IMG/VR virus record: IMGVR_UViG_3300037185_000058
Span: 1-31,122 of that record
Origin: a virus
Taxonomy: Duplodnaviria; Caudoviricetes
DNA length: 31,122 nt
Strand: one strand, 5' to 3'
A model generated the notes under the pieces. That model worked only from the letters and a program-made list of their open reading frames with translations, made no database searches and was not told the DNA's origin. How positions within the stretch are numbered: position 1 is the stretch's first letter; every line of letters begins with the position of its first letter. The position numbers were made by a program, and so were the translations under genes. Positions 16,225 through 24,907 of this stretch are shown one piece after another.

Positions 16225-18260
16225 GTGATAAGTCCGTGCGTTCGAAGTGAGGCGAGAAGGAGATTGAAGCGCGTCGCCACATCGGTAGCGTCTGTCGTGT
16301 TTCCGGGCCCGGTCTGCCGCGTGGTCAGAACCTGCAGCGCGTTAACCCAAACACCCGGAGGGGCGCCCGCCAGCGTCGTAAGCATAACCGTGTTCGCGCC
16401 GGAGTAGTCCCAAAGGCCGAGTACCGAACCATTGGTACCGACGGCTGTGGAAAATCCCGCTCGCGCCGGGCCGCCGCCGCCGGACCCGCCGGGGCCGTAC
16501 CCCATAGTCACGATGCCTGGGCAGATGGCGATTTGGTATCCATCTACCGAACTTGCAACGGTCACACCCGCAGTACGACTCAGGACGGAGATCGTCCCCG
16601 CCGTCAACTGGCTACACTGGATCGTCCCCGCGTAGTTCAGCGCAGTAGTCGCTGTCTCTGCACTGGTCGCCGTCCCTGAATTTCCCGCGTAACTCGCCTG
16701 GCTCACCTGCCCCACAATCAGCGATCCGGAAATCTGCACGTTATGGAAGAAGGCATTCCCGCTCGAGTCCGTGCCGAAGGCTGGTTGCCCTGGAGTCCCG
16801 CCTACTCCGAAAGGCCCTTTGAACCAGGCTCCATAGAAGCCCGATCCATTCGGATTCAACGGGCCTACCCGGTCGTCGCCGATCAGCCCGGTCAGCACTA
16901 GTCCCGTCAGCGCATCGAACTGCTTGATTAGCGACATCCGGCCGCCGCCGCCGACCTGCAATTCCCCCGTTACGATGAGGTCCGCCGCCAGATTCGTGAT
17001 GGTCTGAAGGCCGCCCTTGATCGCGAACTGGCTGCTCAGGTTCGCGGCCTTCGTCATGTCGATGGAACTCATCGTCCACAGCCCCGTGGCCTGGTCGACA
17101 CAAAACTCGCTGGAATAAGATCCCACCATGGCCGCCGCCATGTCCGCAACGCCCGTCGTGGTTCCCACGGTGATGTGCACTGCGGGCGTTACCCCCGGGA
17201 CAATCGTGTTGCGCTGGATTCCCGCCGTCCCATGCGGCGCGCCGATGACAGTAGCGGCGTCCACGGCTTCGGCTTCGGCCTGCATCCCGACTCCTCCTCC
17301 GCGGTTCGGGGGCGCGGAGAGAATCCGAACCGAGCGCGCGTAGAGTGTCATGCCCATGACTGCGGTTGGAGTATCGAGGAGAAACGAGTGCGGGGCTACA
17401 ACCGCATCCGGGACCGAAAGCGGAACCAGGCCGCCTGGGCCGGTTGCGGTTACCTGGGTCGACAGCCCATTCTGGATAGCGTTCGGATCGTTGTCCCAAA
17501 TGCCGACGATTTCGAACGCGAAACCACGCGGCAGCGTCCCCAAGTTGCTCAGATCGACGTACACCGCGACCGGCGTTGCCAGCTTGCCCGTGGAGTTGTC
17601 GTCGATGAGCGCCGAACCACTCTTTAGAGGATAATCCGCCGTGATGCCGCCGACCAGCGGTTCGTACTCGACGCCGCTCCCTGGCTTGGCGACGTAGGCA
17701 GGCACGGTAAAGGTCGCGCTGGGCGTAGGCTCGGCATCGCCATACTCCGCCGGCGCCGGATCGACGTACTCGCTGTAGGCCTGCACATAGACTCGGATCG
17801 AAGTGCCAGGGGTGGGGTCGGCGATGGTGAACTGCCAGGGTTGTGTTGAAACGTCGTAGGGAAACTGGCCGTAATCCTCCGGGTCCCAGTTCCCTTGTAG
17901 GGTCGTCGTGCCATCGAGCGCCGTCGAGCCGCTGAGATCCAGCCCCGTGCTCAACGATTGATCCGGATCCTCCACGTAAATGTGGCCGCCGGCCGCGGTG
18001 AATCCCGACACCTGGACCGATACATTCAGTTCCTGGCCGTCCCACCCGGCGGTAACCGATTGGATCTGGAAGTTTTGAGAGGGCGCGGGTGGCGCGCCTC
18101 CGTTGCCTCCCGTGCCGCCTGTGCCCGAACCGGTTACGAGCTTGGCCACTTCCGCGACCGCCTTCTCCGCGCCTTCCTGTAGCGAGCGAAAACGGTTATT
18201 CAGCGTCTGGATGAGCTGGTTGCCCGAGAGGTTCGGAGGGATCGGAAGAGGTTTATTCAT
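16221..18260 (-). CDS. Tail protein / fibre-related structural protein (679 aa)
   Basis: N-terminal LIQTLNNRF helix, beta-rich Ig-like middle, fibre-type motifs (ITNLAADLIVTGEL, IQCSQLTAGTI) and C-terminal NLLLASLRTHGLI. Confidence 0.7.
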   Translation of the reverse strand: MNKPLPIPPNLSGNQLIQTLNNRFRSLQEGAEKAVAEVAKLVTGSGTGGTGGNGGAPPAPSQNFQIQSVTAGWDGQELNVSVQVSGFTAAGGHIYVEDPDQSLSTGLDLSGSTALDGTTTLQGNWDPEDYGQFPYDVSTQPWQFTIADPTPGTSIRVYVQAYSEYVDPAPAEYGDAEPTPSATFTVPAYVAKPGSGVEYEPLVGGITADYPLKSGSALIDDNSTGKLATPVAVYVDLSNLGTLPRGFAFEIVGIWDNDPNAIQNGLSTQVTATGPGGLVPLSVPDAVVAPHSFLLDTPTAVMGMTLYARSVRILSAPPNRGGGVGMQAEAEAVDAATVIGAPHGTAGIQRNTIVPGVTPAVHITVGTTTGVADMAAAMVGSYSSEFCVDQATGLWTMSSIDMTKAANLSSQFAIKGGLQTITNLAADLIVTGELQVGGGGRMSLIKQFDALTGLVLTGLIGDDRVGPLNPNGSGFYGAWFKGPFGVGGTPGQPAFGTDSSGNAFFHNVQISGSLIVGQVSQASYAGNSGTATSAETATTALNYAGTIQCSQLTAGTISVLSRTAGVTVASSVDGYQIAICPGIVTMGYGPGGSGGGGPARAGFSTAVGTNGSVLGLWDYSGANTVMLTTLAGAPPGVWVNALQVLTTRQTGPGNTTDATDVATRFNLLLASLRTHGLIT

Positions 18261-18981
18261 CGACGGGCACCTGGACCCACTGCGGAACCGGAGGCGTAGG
18301 TTTCACTGGAATCGACACCTCGGCAAAGCTCTCCGGCGTCGGCTCGACGGGTATTCTCAGCGGTGTGAAACTATCGGGAGTAGCCTCCACGGGAATCTTT
18401 ACCTCACTGAAGCCCTCCGGTGTCGGCTCGACCGGAATCGGCACAGCGGTGAATTCCGCCGGCGTAGCCTCGACAGGGACATTCACCGGGCTGAAGCCTC
18501 CCGGCGTAGCCTCCACGGGAATTCTCACCTCGCTGAAACCCTCCGGGGTGGTCTCCACGGGCACTGCTTCGGCAGTGTAGCCCTCCGGTGTCGGCTCGAC
18601 CGGAATTGGCACAGCGGTGAATTCCGCCGGCGTAGCCTCGACAGGGATGCTCACCTGCTGGTATTCCTCCGGGGTAGCCACCACCGGCAGAGGAAACCAG
18701 CCCCACTGACCATCCGGAAGCTCCCGACACCACACGCGCAGGCCGTAGATCTCCGCCTGGCCGGTTCCCGGCGTGAACTTCGCAGAGATCAAGTGGCCCT
18801 GCATGCTCCCAGGCAATCGCGAACTCACGGGGCGCCGGGTCGCACAGGTCGGAGTTGCCACCGTGGCGCGCAAGGCCATCGCATTGCCGGGAAGATCCGT
18901 ATAGAGCGTGAGGCTGCCGATCGCGCTGGCGATCAGCTCAAACTCGACCTTCCCGAACAGATGCGATTTCTCGAAGCCCAT
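18253..18981 (-). CDS. Tail-associated protein: nozzle-C-terminal-like domain plus ten 14-aa Pro-rich repeats (242 aa)
   Basis: ORF lies in the operon. Repeat consensus VE(A/P)TPxxFxxVxIP. Confidence 0.8.
   Translation of the reverse strand: MGFEKSHLFGKVEFELIASAIGSLTLYTDLPGNAMALRATVATPTCATRRPVSSRLPGSMQGHLISAKFTPGTGQAEIYGLRVWCRELPDGQWGWFPLPVVATPEEYQQVSIPVEATPAEFTAVPIPVEPTPEGYTAEAVPVETTPEGFSEVRIPVEATPGGFSPVNVPVEATPAEFTAVPIPVEPTPEGFSEVKIPVEATPDSFTPLRIPVEPTPESFAEVSIPVKPTPPVPQWVQVPVDE
18265..18684 (-). repeat. Tandem 42-bp (14-aa) repeat, 10 units
   Basis: Units 2 and 6 are identical in protein (VEATPAEFTAVPIP). DNA 18440-18479 equals 18608-18647 (168 bp, or 4 units, apart). Confidence 0.92.
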
Positions 18982-18987
18982 GGAACC

Positions 18988-19368
18988 CTACTGGCCCCCG
19001 CCCGCTCCCGGCGCGATCGGCACCGTCTGCCAAACTTCACCCTGCGGCAAAGCCGAGCCGTCGATGTAGACGCCCAGCGGTCTCACGTAGACCACCATGG
19101 AGTACAGCTCGAACTGAGCTGTGGAACTCGGGGTGATCTGCGGATAGAACTCCGTCCCGCGGATTCCGTCGAGCGGAACAGTCACTGTCTTGCGGCCCGT
19201 AGTGGCAGCCAGCGCCACGCCCGCGCCCAGGCGGGTCGCCAGCGTTCCCGGAGGACTCGCGGCCGGCATGTCGGTGTAGAATTGCAGCGTCGCGGTCGGC
19301 GTGCCCGTGCCGGTCAGCGCGTATTGCAACGTCACTTCCTTGAACTCGTGTACCTTCCTGAAAGCCAT
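18988..19368 (-). CDS. Tail-associated protein, paralogue of nozzle C-terminal domain (126 aa)
   Basis: SD AGAGGGGTG. PLGVYIDGS...WQTVPIAPG matches the end of the upstream protein. Confidence 0.8.
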   Translation of the reverse strand: MAFRKVHEFKEVTLQYALTGTGTPTATLQFYTDMPAASPPGTLATRLGAGVALAATTGRKTVTVPLDGIRGTEFYPQITPSSTAQFELYSMVVYVRPLGVYIDGSALPQGEVWQTVPIAPGAGGGQ

Positions 19369-19380
19369 CGAAACACCCCT

Positions 19381-21714
19381 CTATTGAGCGCCCTGCTCGC
19401 CTGGCGCAATTGGCAGCGTGTGCCAGTAATCGGCCTGCGAACCGTCCGCGTAGACTCCCAACGGCACGATGCGCACCTTGTAGCCGTAGACCCCGAAGAC
19501 TCCGCTCCCGCCGATCAACTGGTGGCGGAAGAGCCGCCCATAAATCGTCTTTCCGATCCCTACCACCGGATCTGTGAGGACAACTCGAAGAACCTGCCTG
19601 CCGCTGGTTGGCCCGACCAGTAGGCCCAAGTTACCGGTTCGCAGCGCCATGACACCGCCCGGAACGTCCGACGAGATGTTCAGCGTTGGCCCTCCCAGCG
19701 AGGCGTCGAAGTCAATCTCCACCTGGTCGATTACGCCGACTCCCTCCAGACCGTGGTTCGTGATGCCGCTGTCCCACGTCATGCCCTGCCGTGCCTCGAT
19801 ATAGTAGTGGAGCAACATCGGGCTCTCGACGACCGCCGGCTGTGTTCCGCTGGCCCCGGGCCCGGTGATTCGGATCGAGAGGTTAAAGCTCTTGATCGGT
19901 TTCCCTACCAGGGCCGAGACGTAGTAGCCCGTGGGGTACACCAGGGGAATGACCTGCTTCGTAAGAGCAGTCGAGGAGATTGTGGCCAGAGTGAACGAAT
20001 CGACCGGATGAGCGGCTCCAGCGTCCGCGTTCTTGTCAATACGGCAGATGATGGTCAGCGTCGCCCCCTGGGTGTTGTGCGACAGCACCAGGTCACCCCA
20101 GGTTTTCAGCCTGTCGGGCAGTCCGCAATCGTGATATTGCGATTGAAACGCCAGACGGCCCGTTCCGAGGTAGCCACTCTCGACGTTGAACACGCCCGCT
20201 GCCGCTCCCAGAAATGTCGTGCCGACATCCAGGAACGCGCCATAGCCGGTCGAGGCCGCGAACCAGCGCCCAGAGGGGATATGCAAAACGAGACTCCCGA
20301 CCGGCGTGCCGCTCGAGGTGGTCGAGGGATACGAGACCCATAGGCGGCCGTTGCGGTGCCCAATCGCGCAGGGCCCCATCGACGCAGTAGCAAACAAAGG
20401 AAAATTCTCGGTCGCCAACCCACGGAAAAGCGGATCGACCTTAAAGCTGGCCTTCCCCGGCACGTCGTTATTGAACGTGTAAACACCGTCGGTCGAGACG
20501 AAGTGGTCGTTTGCCGCAGTGCTCACCACCGCCCGCGGCCCCACAACGCCCATCTCCGGCACTGCGACCTGAATCACCGAAGCCGAGTCCCCGCAGTCGC
20601 CGATCAGCACCCAGATCGACTTTGCGCGGTAGATCGCCAGGAAGCCGGGCCGGGCGATAATCGCCCTAATTTCGTCCCCTGAGTCAGTCCCGATATCCGC
20701 CCAGTTGCCGTCGTAGTCGTCGCCTGAGCCGGGGAAGAAAGCCGGTTGAAGAGGTGGTGTCCACCAGATGCGGTTTGGATGGTCCGCGGAATTGCCCACC
20801 ACGATGCGCCCGTTATAGACCTGGTTGCACATGATGCTCGCCTTTGGCGGCTTATCGTGATCGGCTTCCATGATGGTGCCGAGTAGCAGCAGTGAGGTGT
20901 CGTCGAAGCCATCCGAGGGGTTGCCGGTATCTACGAAGGTGGCCGTCGTGACGGGAATGGGGTTCGGGTTGACAAGGTACGGAGTGGCAGCCACGTCCGG
21001 ATTGTCCGAGGTGTACGCCGGCACGTTGCGGTAGACATTCCAGCCCGTCGCCTCCGGCGGAGCGCCCGTTGGTTGCGTGATCGTATTGGCGTAGCTGTCC
21101 AGGTTGGTGCCGTGGCTGCCGCTGCCGCTGCCCGCGCTGGCCGAGGGCGATGGATTCGTCTCGCCGAGAGCGTCAGTCACCCAGGTGACGTAGTAGGTGT
21201 CCCACCAGTCGACCTTCTTTGATCCCGTGGCTGGCAAGGTGGGAACCGCACTCGTCGGGGTGGCCAGGTTGGTAGGCGCCGAAACGGTCCAATCGCTCGA
21301 CGCGATGCCGTTGTCCCTGCGCTGCTTCGCCTGGTTCATGATCCACAAGTACCCCTGGTAGGAAAGCATCCCGAGGGGATAGCCGTCGTAGTCTGTATTT
21401 ATGGGCGCTTCCGAGGCGCGCCCGACCTGGCACAGCTTCGAGCCGTCGGAGAAATACAGGCGGTTGGCGCCTGCGGAGCTGACCTGGCACAAGCTGTTCT
21501 GCCCCGTGGGGCTCGTCGAGCTCAGTAAGCCGGGCTGCGGAGCCTGCTCCAGCCTGCCATCGGACCCCGCGAACCAGTCCGTGAGGTCCAGGCATTCGCC
21601 TTGCGGAACATTCACCAGGTCTGTCAACGCTGCGCGCCGCGGGTTCTGGTCGGACGGCACAAGCAGGTCCAGACCTCCGGGGGTGATGCGCTGTTCGTTA
21701 AGCTTGTAGGACAT
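19381..21714 (-). CDS. Tail nozzle / head-stabilisation protein (P22 gp10/T7 gp12-like, probable beta-propeller), ~777 aa
   Basis: N-terminal GGLDLL...ECLDLTDW, GWNVYR motif, and blade-like VYNGRIVV...NRIWWT, LAIYRAKSIWVL, GVVGPRAVV, HFVSTDGVY. Follows the adaptor genes. Start is ATG 21714, or TTG 21726. Confidence 0.72.
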   Translation of the reverse strand: MSYKLNEQRITPGGLDLLVPSDQNPRRAALTDLVNVPQGECLDLTDWFAGSDGRLEQAPQPGLLSSTSPTGQNSLCQVSSAGANRLYFSDGSKLCQVGRASEAPINTDYDGYPLGMLSYQGYLWIMNQAKQRRDNGIASSDWTVSAPTNLATPTSAVPTLPATGSKKVDWWDTYYVTWVTDALGETNPSPSASAGSGSGSHGTNLDSYANTITQPTGAPPEATGWNVYRNVPAYTSDNPDVAATPYLVNPNPIPVTTATFVDTGNPSDGFDDTSLLLLGTIMEADHDKPPKASIMCNQVYNGRIVVGNSADHPNRIWWTPPLQPAFFPGSGDDYDGNWADIGTDSGDEIRAIIARPGFLAIYRAKSIWVLIGDCGDSASVIQVAVPEMGVVGPRAVVSTAANDHFVSTDGVYTFNNDVPGKASFKVDPLFRGLATENFPLFATASMGPCAIGHRNGRLWVSYPSTTSSGTPVGSLVLHIPSGRWFAASTGYGAFLDVGTTFLGAAAGVFNVESGYLGTGRLAFQSQYHDCGLPDRLKTWGDLVLSHNTQGATLTIICRIDKNADAGAAHPVDSFTLATISSTALTKQVIPLVYPTGYYVSALVGKPIKSFNLSIRITGPGASGTQPAVVESPMLLHYYIEARQGMTWDSGITNHGLEGVGVIDQVEIDFDASLGGPTLNISSDVPGGVMALRTGNLGLLVGPTSGRQVLRVVLTDPVVGIGKTIYGRLFRHQLIGGSGVFGVYGYKVRIVPLGVYADGSQADYWHTLPIAPGEQGAQ

Positions 21715-22051
21715 GAGGCTGTACAACCGATCGGACTTCTTGCGGCTTCCCGAAGGCGTTATCTACTGCAAAGGCGAGCCGTACGCTTTTGGCGAACTCT
21801 CAGTGAAGGGAGAGAGTTGGACAAACGACTTTCTCTGCCTGGGCCTCCAATGGATCGAGGCCGACGACTCCGGCCAGGCAACCGACCACTTGGACTCAAT
21901 GCTCACGACAGGGGCCACTTTCCCCTTACAGAATTCCTACGGACGCGACGGCCTCTTCAATGAAAAGGACATCTTCCTCGTCTACGAACCATCCGATTTG
22001 CGCGCCATGGTCGAGCACTTCACACATGCCCTCGGCCTTCCTGTGCCGTAG
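21713..22051 (+). CDS. Phage hypothetical protein on opposite strand (112 aa)
   Basis: Occupies a gap in the - operon. The pattern NR..FL.LPEG...K..P..FG.L..KG.S...DF...DSG...RDG.F...F.V.E resembles a recurrent phage hypothetical family (recognised from memory). Confidence 0.78.
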   Translation: MRLYNRSDFLRLPEGVIYCKGEPYAFGELSVKGESWTNDFLCLGLQWIEADDSGQATDHLDSMLTTGATFPLQNSYGRDGLFNEKDIFLVYEPSDLRAMVEHFTHALGLPVP

Positions 22052-22062
22052 ACGCCATGGAT

Positions 22063-22068
22063 TACAAT
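22063..22068 (+). promoter_or_regulatory. Candidate -10 element (TACAAT) for leaderless transcript
   Basis: 5/6 match to TATAAT in GC-rich DNA, 7 nt upstream of the start codon. No good -35. Confidence 0.4.
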
Positions 22069-22075
22069 TGAAGGC

Positions 22076-22369
22076 GTGAACCGCCGTGGTTTTTTCTCAC
22101 TGATTGCCGCCCTGGCGAGTCCGACGCTACTTGGCGCTATTCCCCAGATGCCACCGCAGGTATCCTGCGTGCAGCGCCTGCGGTCCTTCCGGATCTGCTA
22201 CATGCCAACCGACCAAAAATTACGCACGGCGCTCGTCACTCCTGAAGCTCTGGAGGGCGGCCGCATCGTCCACCTCTCCGGCGGAGTCGCCGTTCAGCTC
22301 CGCGCGGACGGCATCTTAATCAACGCCAGTTCTAGGCCCATCCGCATGGGTTACGCCCCCTTGCCGTAG
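22076..22369 (+). CDS. Small protein with twin-arginine-like N-terminus (97 aa)
   Basis: MNRRGFFSLIAALA. TACAAT at 22063-22068 is 7 nt before the GTG. Fills a gap in the - operon. Confidence 0.6.
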   Translation: MNRRGFFSLIAALASPTLLGAIPQMPPQVSCVQRLRSFRICYMPTDQKLRTALVTPEALEGGRIVHLSGGVAVQLRADGILINASSRPIRMGYAPLP

Positions 22370-22974
22370 TACTTCTCAAAAATCTGCTCGTACATCTTGA
22401 CCCGCGCCGCGCAGTGCTGCGCCAGGTCCGGAATCTCCGACTCGCCTTCTCTCCCGTAGGCCTTCGCGAGAACGAAGAAAGCGAGGTAGCCTGCCACCGG
22501 AGCGGGCGCTTGCAAAAGCACGTTCACCCCGGCCACGTCGATGTCCGGCGGGTACATACTACAAATCATGGGCAGCGAGACCGCCGTTGTGGGGACTGGC
22601 GCCAGGCCCACTGCCGTGATGCCGATATCGTCCTCATACCAATGGTCCGGAGCGCCAGCCGTGGCCTGAAAGCCTGGGTCTCTCGATTCCAACTCGATCA
22701 CGGTTGCCGGCCGCAGGGGTGACGTGCCGAAGGAGATATGCAGCGTGGCGCTGTGGCGGGAGGGAAGAGAGTATGTGGCCGTACCGCCGGCAGTCGTGAT
22801 CGAGGTGTCGCGCTCCACGAAGAGCATGGCAGAGCGTGAAAGCTGTTTTGCCGCTTCATCCACCCATTGGATGAGGTCGGTGGAGCCCCAGAAGGTCAGA
22901 TGCGCCAGGCTGTCCGAATGCAAATCGGGCAGCAGGTTGGAGATTACCGTCGTCGTGTTGATCTCACCGGCCAT
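22351..22974 (-). CDS. Head-tail adaptor paralogue 3 (207 aa)
   Basis: True start MAGEINTT at a TAATG overlap (22972-22976). Adaptor-type motifs FWGSTDLIQWVDEA, ATYSLP, GAPDHW, GLAPVP and LAFFVLAKAY. Confidence 0.7.
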   Translation of the reverse strand: MAGEINTTTVISNLLPDLHSDSLAHLTFWGSTDLIQWVDEAAKQLSRSAMLFVERDTSITTAGGTATYSLPSRHSATLHISFGTSPLRPATVIELESRDPGFQATAGAPDHWYEDDIGITAVGLAPVPTTAVSLPMICSMYPPDIDVAGVNVLLQAPAPVAGYLAFFVLAKAYGREGESEIPDLAQHCAARVKMYEQIFEKYYGKGA

Positions 22975-23696
22975 TACTTCTGCTCCCTTGCCGCCTGGCG
23001 CTTCAGAATCTCGTCGATCAAATCCGATCTGTCGAACAGCGCCAACTCGAAGGGCTGCACGTCGTACCGCGCTGCTTGGCTTCGCGCTCTCACGTAATCG
23101 CCGAGCCCCGTCATTGAGTCCAGAAACGTGTTCAGGCAGCCGAGGCCTCGCGCGAGTTGCTGCGCGCCTTCCTTCAGCCGGCATCTGTATACGCCGTACT
23201 CCACCAGGTCCTGGTGATAGCTGGCTGGAATCACCGGCGTATCGTTCGCGCCGAGGGCCGCCGGCGAGTAGGCGTAGGTGAATTGGGCCGTGGCCGTCTG
23301 CTGCGGGGTCACCATCAGCAGGTTCGATCCCAGGGTGCAGTACCGCGCCGCCGTGCCTGCGGTGGCCTGCCATGCCGGGTTCCAGCCGTCGAGCTCGCCG
23401 ATTGTCGACGGCCGCAGCCTCACGCCCGCCACCGTGATTCTCAGCGGAACAAGGAAATCGGTCAGCGTCGAGCGTTGGGTGTACCAGCAGCCGCTCAGAG
23501 AGAAGGCCACCGTCTTCTGTAGGCAGAGGGTCAAGAGCACCGCGAGTTGTTGCCCCTCGTTGATGGCCGCGAGAACCTCGTCCGCCACCACCACGCCGCC
23601 CACGGTTGGCCCGCTTCCCACTACGACCGATACCGGCGCAGCCGGGCTGTCGTCGATCCGCGTGATGATCCTGCCGGCGATGTCCGCGACGGTCAT
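22974..23696 (-). CDS. Head-tail adaptor paralogue 2 (240 aa)
   Basis: Motifs MTVADI...RIDD, EVLAAINEGQ, GTAARY, LMVTPQ and DTPVIPASYHQDLVEYGVYR. Confidence 0.72.
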   Translation of the reverse strand: MTVADIAGRIITRIDDSPAAPVSVVVGSGPTVGGVVVADEVLAAINEGQQLAVLLTLCLQKTVAFSLSGCWYTQRSTLTDFLVPLRITVAGVRLRPSTIGELDGWNPAWQATAGTAARYCTLGSNLLMVTPQQTATAQFTYAYSPAALGANDTPVIPASYHQDLVEYGVYRCRLKEGAQQLARGLGCLNTFLDSMTGLGDYVRARSQAARYDVQPFELALFDRSDLIDEILKRQAAREQK

Positions 23697-23712
23697 GCTT
23701 GACCTGAGTGCC

Positions 23713-24048
23713 TCATAGCCCGCACCTTTTCCAGATCTGCCACCAATGCTTCGCGCGCCGGCACGCGACGCACTGATTGATCCTGTCGATGAGATCCCTC
23801 AGCCCTCGCGTCGCCTGTTCAACCGTGGTCGCGTTGGCTCGCAACTCATTGGAGATCGCCGTCTCCACTTCGTCGGATGCCAGCCAGTAGGCTTGGCGCT
23901 CGGTGTCGCACGCGTCGGTCGTTCTCAGGCACGCCAGCAGCGCCTGTTCCGCGGCGGCGCTCTTGGAGACGGCTGCCTGATACTCTGGGGAACCCTGCTG
24001 CGCCGTCGCGGCCATAGCCACGAGAATCACGCTAATTAAGAGCCTCAC
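23713..24048 (-). CDS. Small secreted helical Cys-containing protein (111 aa)
   Basis: GTGA coupling at 24045-24048 and SD GAGGAGGGGG. Signal peptide MRLLISVILVAMAATA-Q. C-terminal KHWWQIWK. Confidence 0.7.
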   Translation of the reverse strand: MRLLISVILVAMAATAQQGSPEYQAAVSKSAAAEQALLACLRTTDACDTERQAYWLASDEVETAISNELRANATTVEQATRGLRDLIDRINQCVACRRAKHWWQIWKRCGL

Positions 24049-24893
24049 CGGTACCCCCTCCTCAGCCTGTGCCGCGTGTAGTAGCTGTCCAACTGCATGA
24101 CCGCCGGCGCCATCCCCTGGGCTTCCGATGTCCGCATATTCTGAAGCGCAGCCTTGGCCAGGGTGGCGTGGAACGTCGCTCCCGTGTAGTCCTTCAGATG
24201 CGCCTTGATGCGCCCTGTCACCCCTTCCACCAACGCGGCCGGCTGCATCCACACCTGGAGGATTGTGCTCGTGGAACTGAGGTCCGCGGCCTCCGACACG
24301 TAGGTGTACGGAATGCCGATGGCCTGGTCGGGCACTGGATAGAGCTCGACCTCCATGTTCGGAGGCGTCGAGTTGTCGTCCATTCTCGATGCCCAGGCCG
24401 TGGGAGTACCTGACTGCACCCTGCAGGGGTCGCTCTGGTTCAACTGCGCGATCGAGAAGCGCTGCAACTTGTCGAAGGCCGTGTCCTGGAGCGTCCGACA
24501 ATTCGCCGGCAGGGCGTAGACGTTCTGAAAGATCGAATAGCTGGAGCCTGCCGCGCTGGGGCCTTCGTAGGGCCGATCCAGCGTGCCCGTGGTGGCTGTC
24601 AGCCAGGTGAACGTGTAGAACTCATCCCGCCCAGCCACGCGAAATTGTAGCCCCGACATGCCCGTGACCCAGGTTGTTCCGGTGCCGGCGATTGCCGTCG
24701 ATCCCCGAAACACTGCCACCGGGCCCGTCGTGTAGGGCGCCGTGGTTTCCAGGACCGCATCGACGTTCAGCCGCGACCAGGGCAACTCGCCCAGGATCTC
24801 CGCGTAGCGGTCGCCGATCCAGCCCTCGATGAGATCGAGGGACACCCCTGGGAAGGCTTGGGTGAGACGTAACTTCAGATCGCCGTAGGTCAT
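24045..24893 (-). CDS. Head-tail adaptor paralogue 1 with inserted beta domain (282 aa)
   Basis: Motifs MTYGDLK...WIGDRY...LPW, YALPANC, GTPTAW and ELYPVPD. Insert YTTG.V...GST.I.GTGTTW...LDRPYEG. Confidence 0.72.
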   Translation of the reverse strand: MTYGDLKLRLTQAFPGVSLDLIEGWIGDRYAEILGELPWSRLNVDAVLETTAPYTTGPVAVFRGSTAIAGTGTTWVTGMSGLQFRVAGRDEFYTFTWLTATTGTLDRPYEGPSAAGSSYSIFQNVYALPANCRTLQDTAFDKLQRFSIAQLNQSDPCRVQSGTPTAWASRMDDNSTPPNMEVELYPVPDQAIGIPYTYVSEAADLSSTSTILQVWMQPAALVEGVTGRIKAHLKDYTGATFHATLAKAALQNMRTSEAQGMAPAVMQLDSYYTRHRLRRGYR

Positions 24894-24907
24894 AGATTCT
24901 CAGTTCG

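Noticed and set aside
18103-19623. 506-aa + strand ORF with repeats
   Set aside because: Antisense reading of the 42-bp repeat and tail genes; Arg-rich shadow.
22975-23373. N-terminal extension of the 340-aa track ORF (likewise those of 23713-24501, 25042-25689, 25365-26834)
   Set aside because: These overlap upstream genes in another frame. Internal coupled starts give better gene models.
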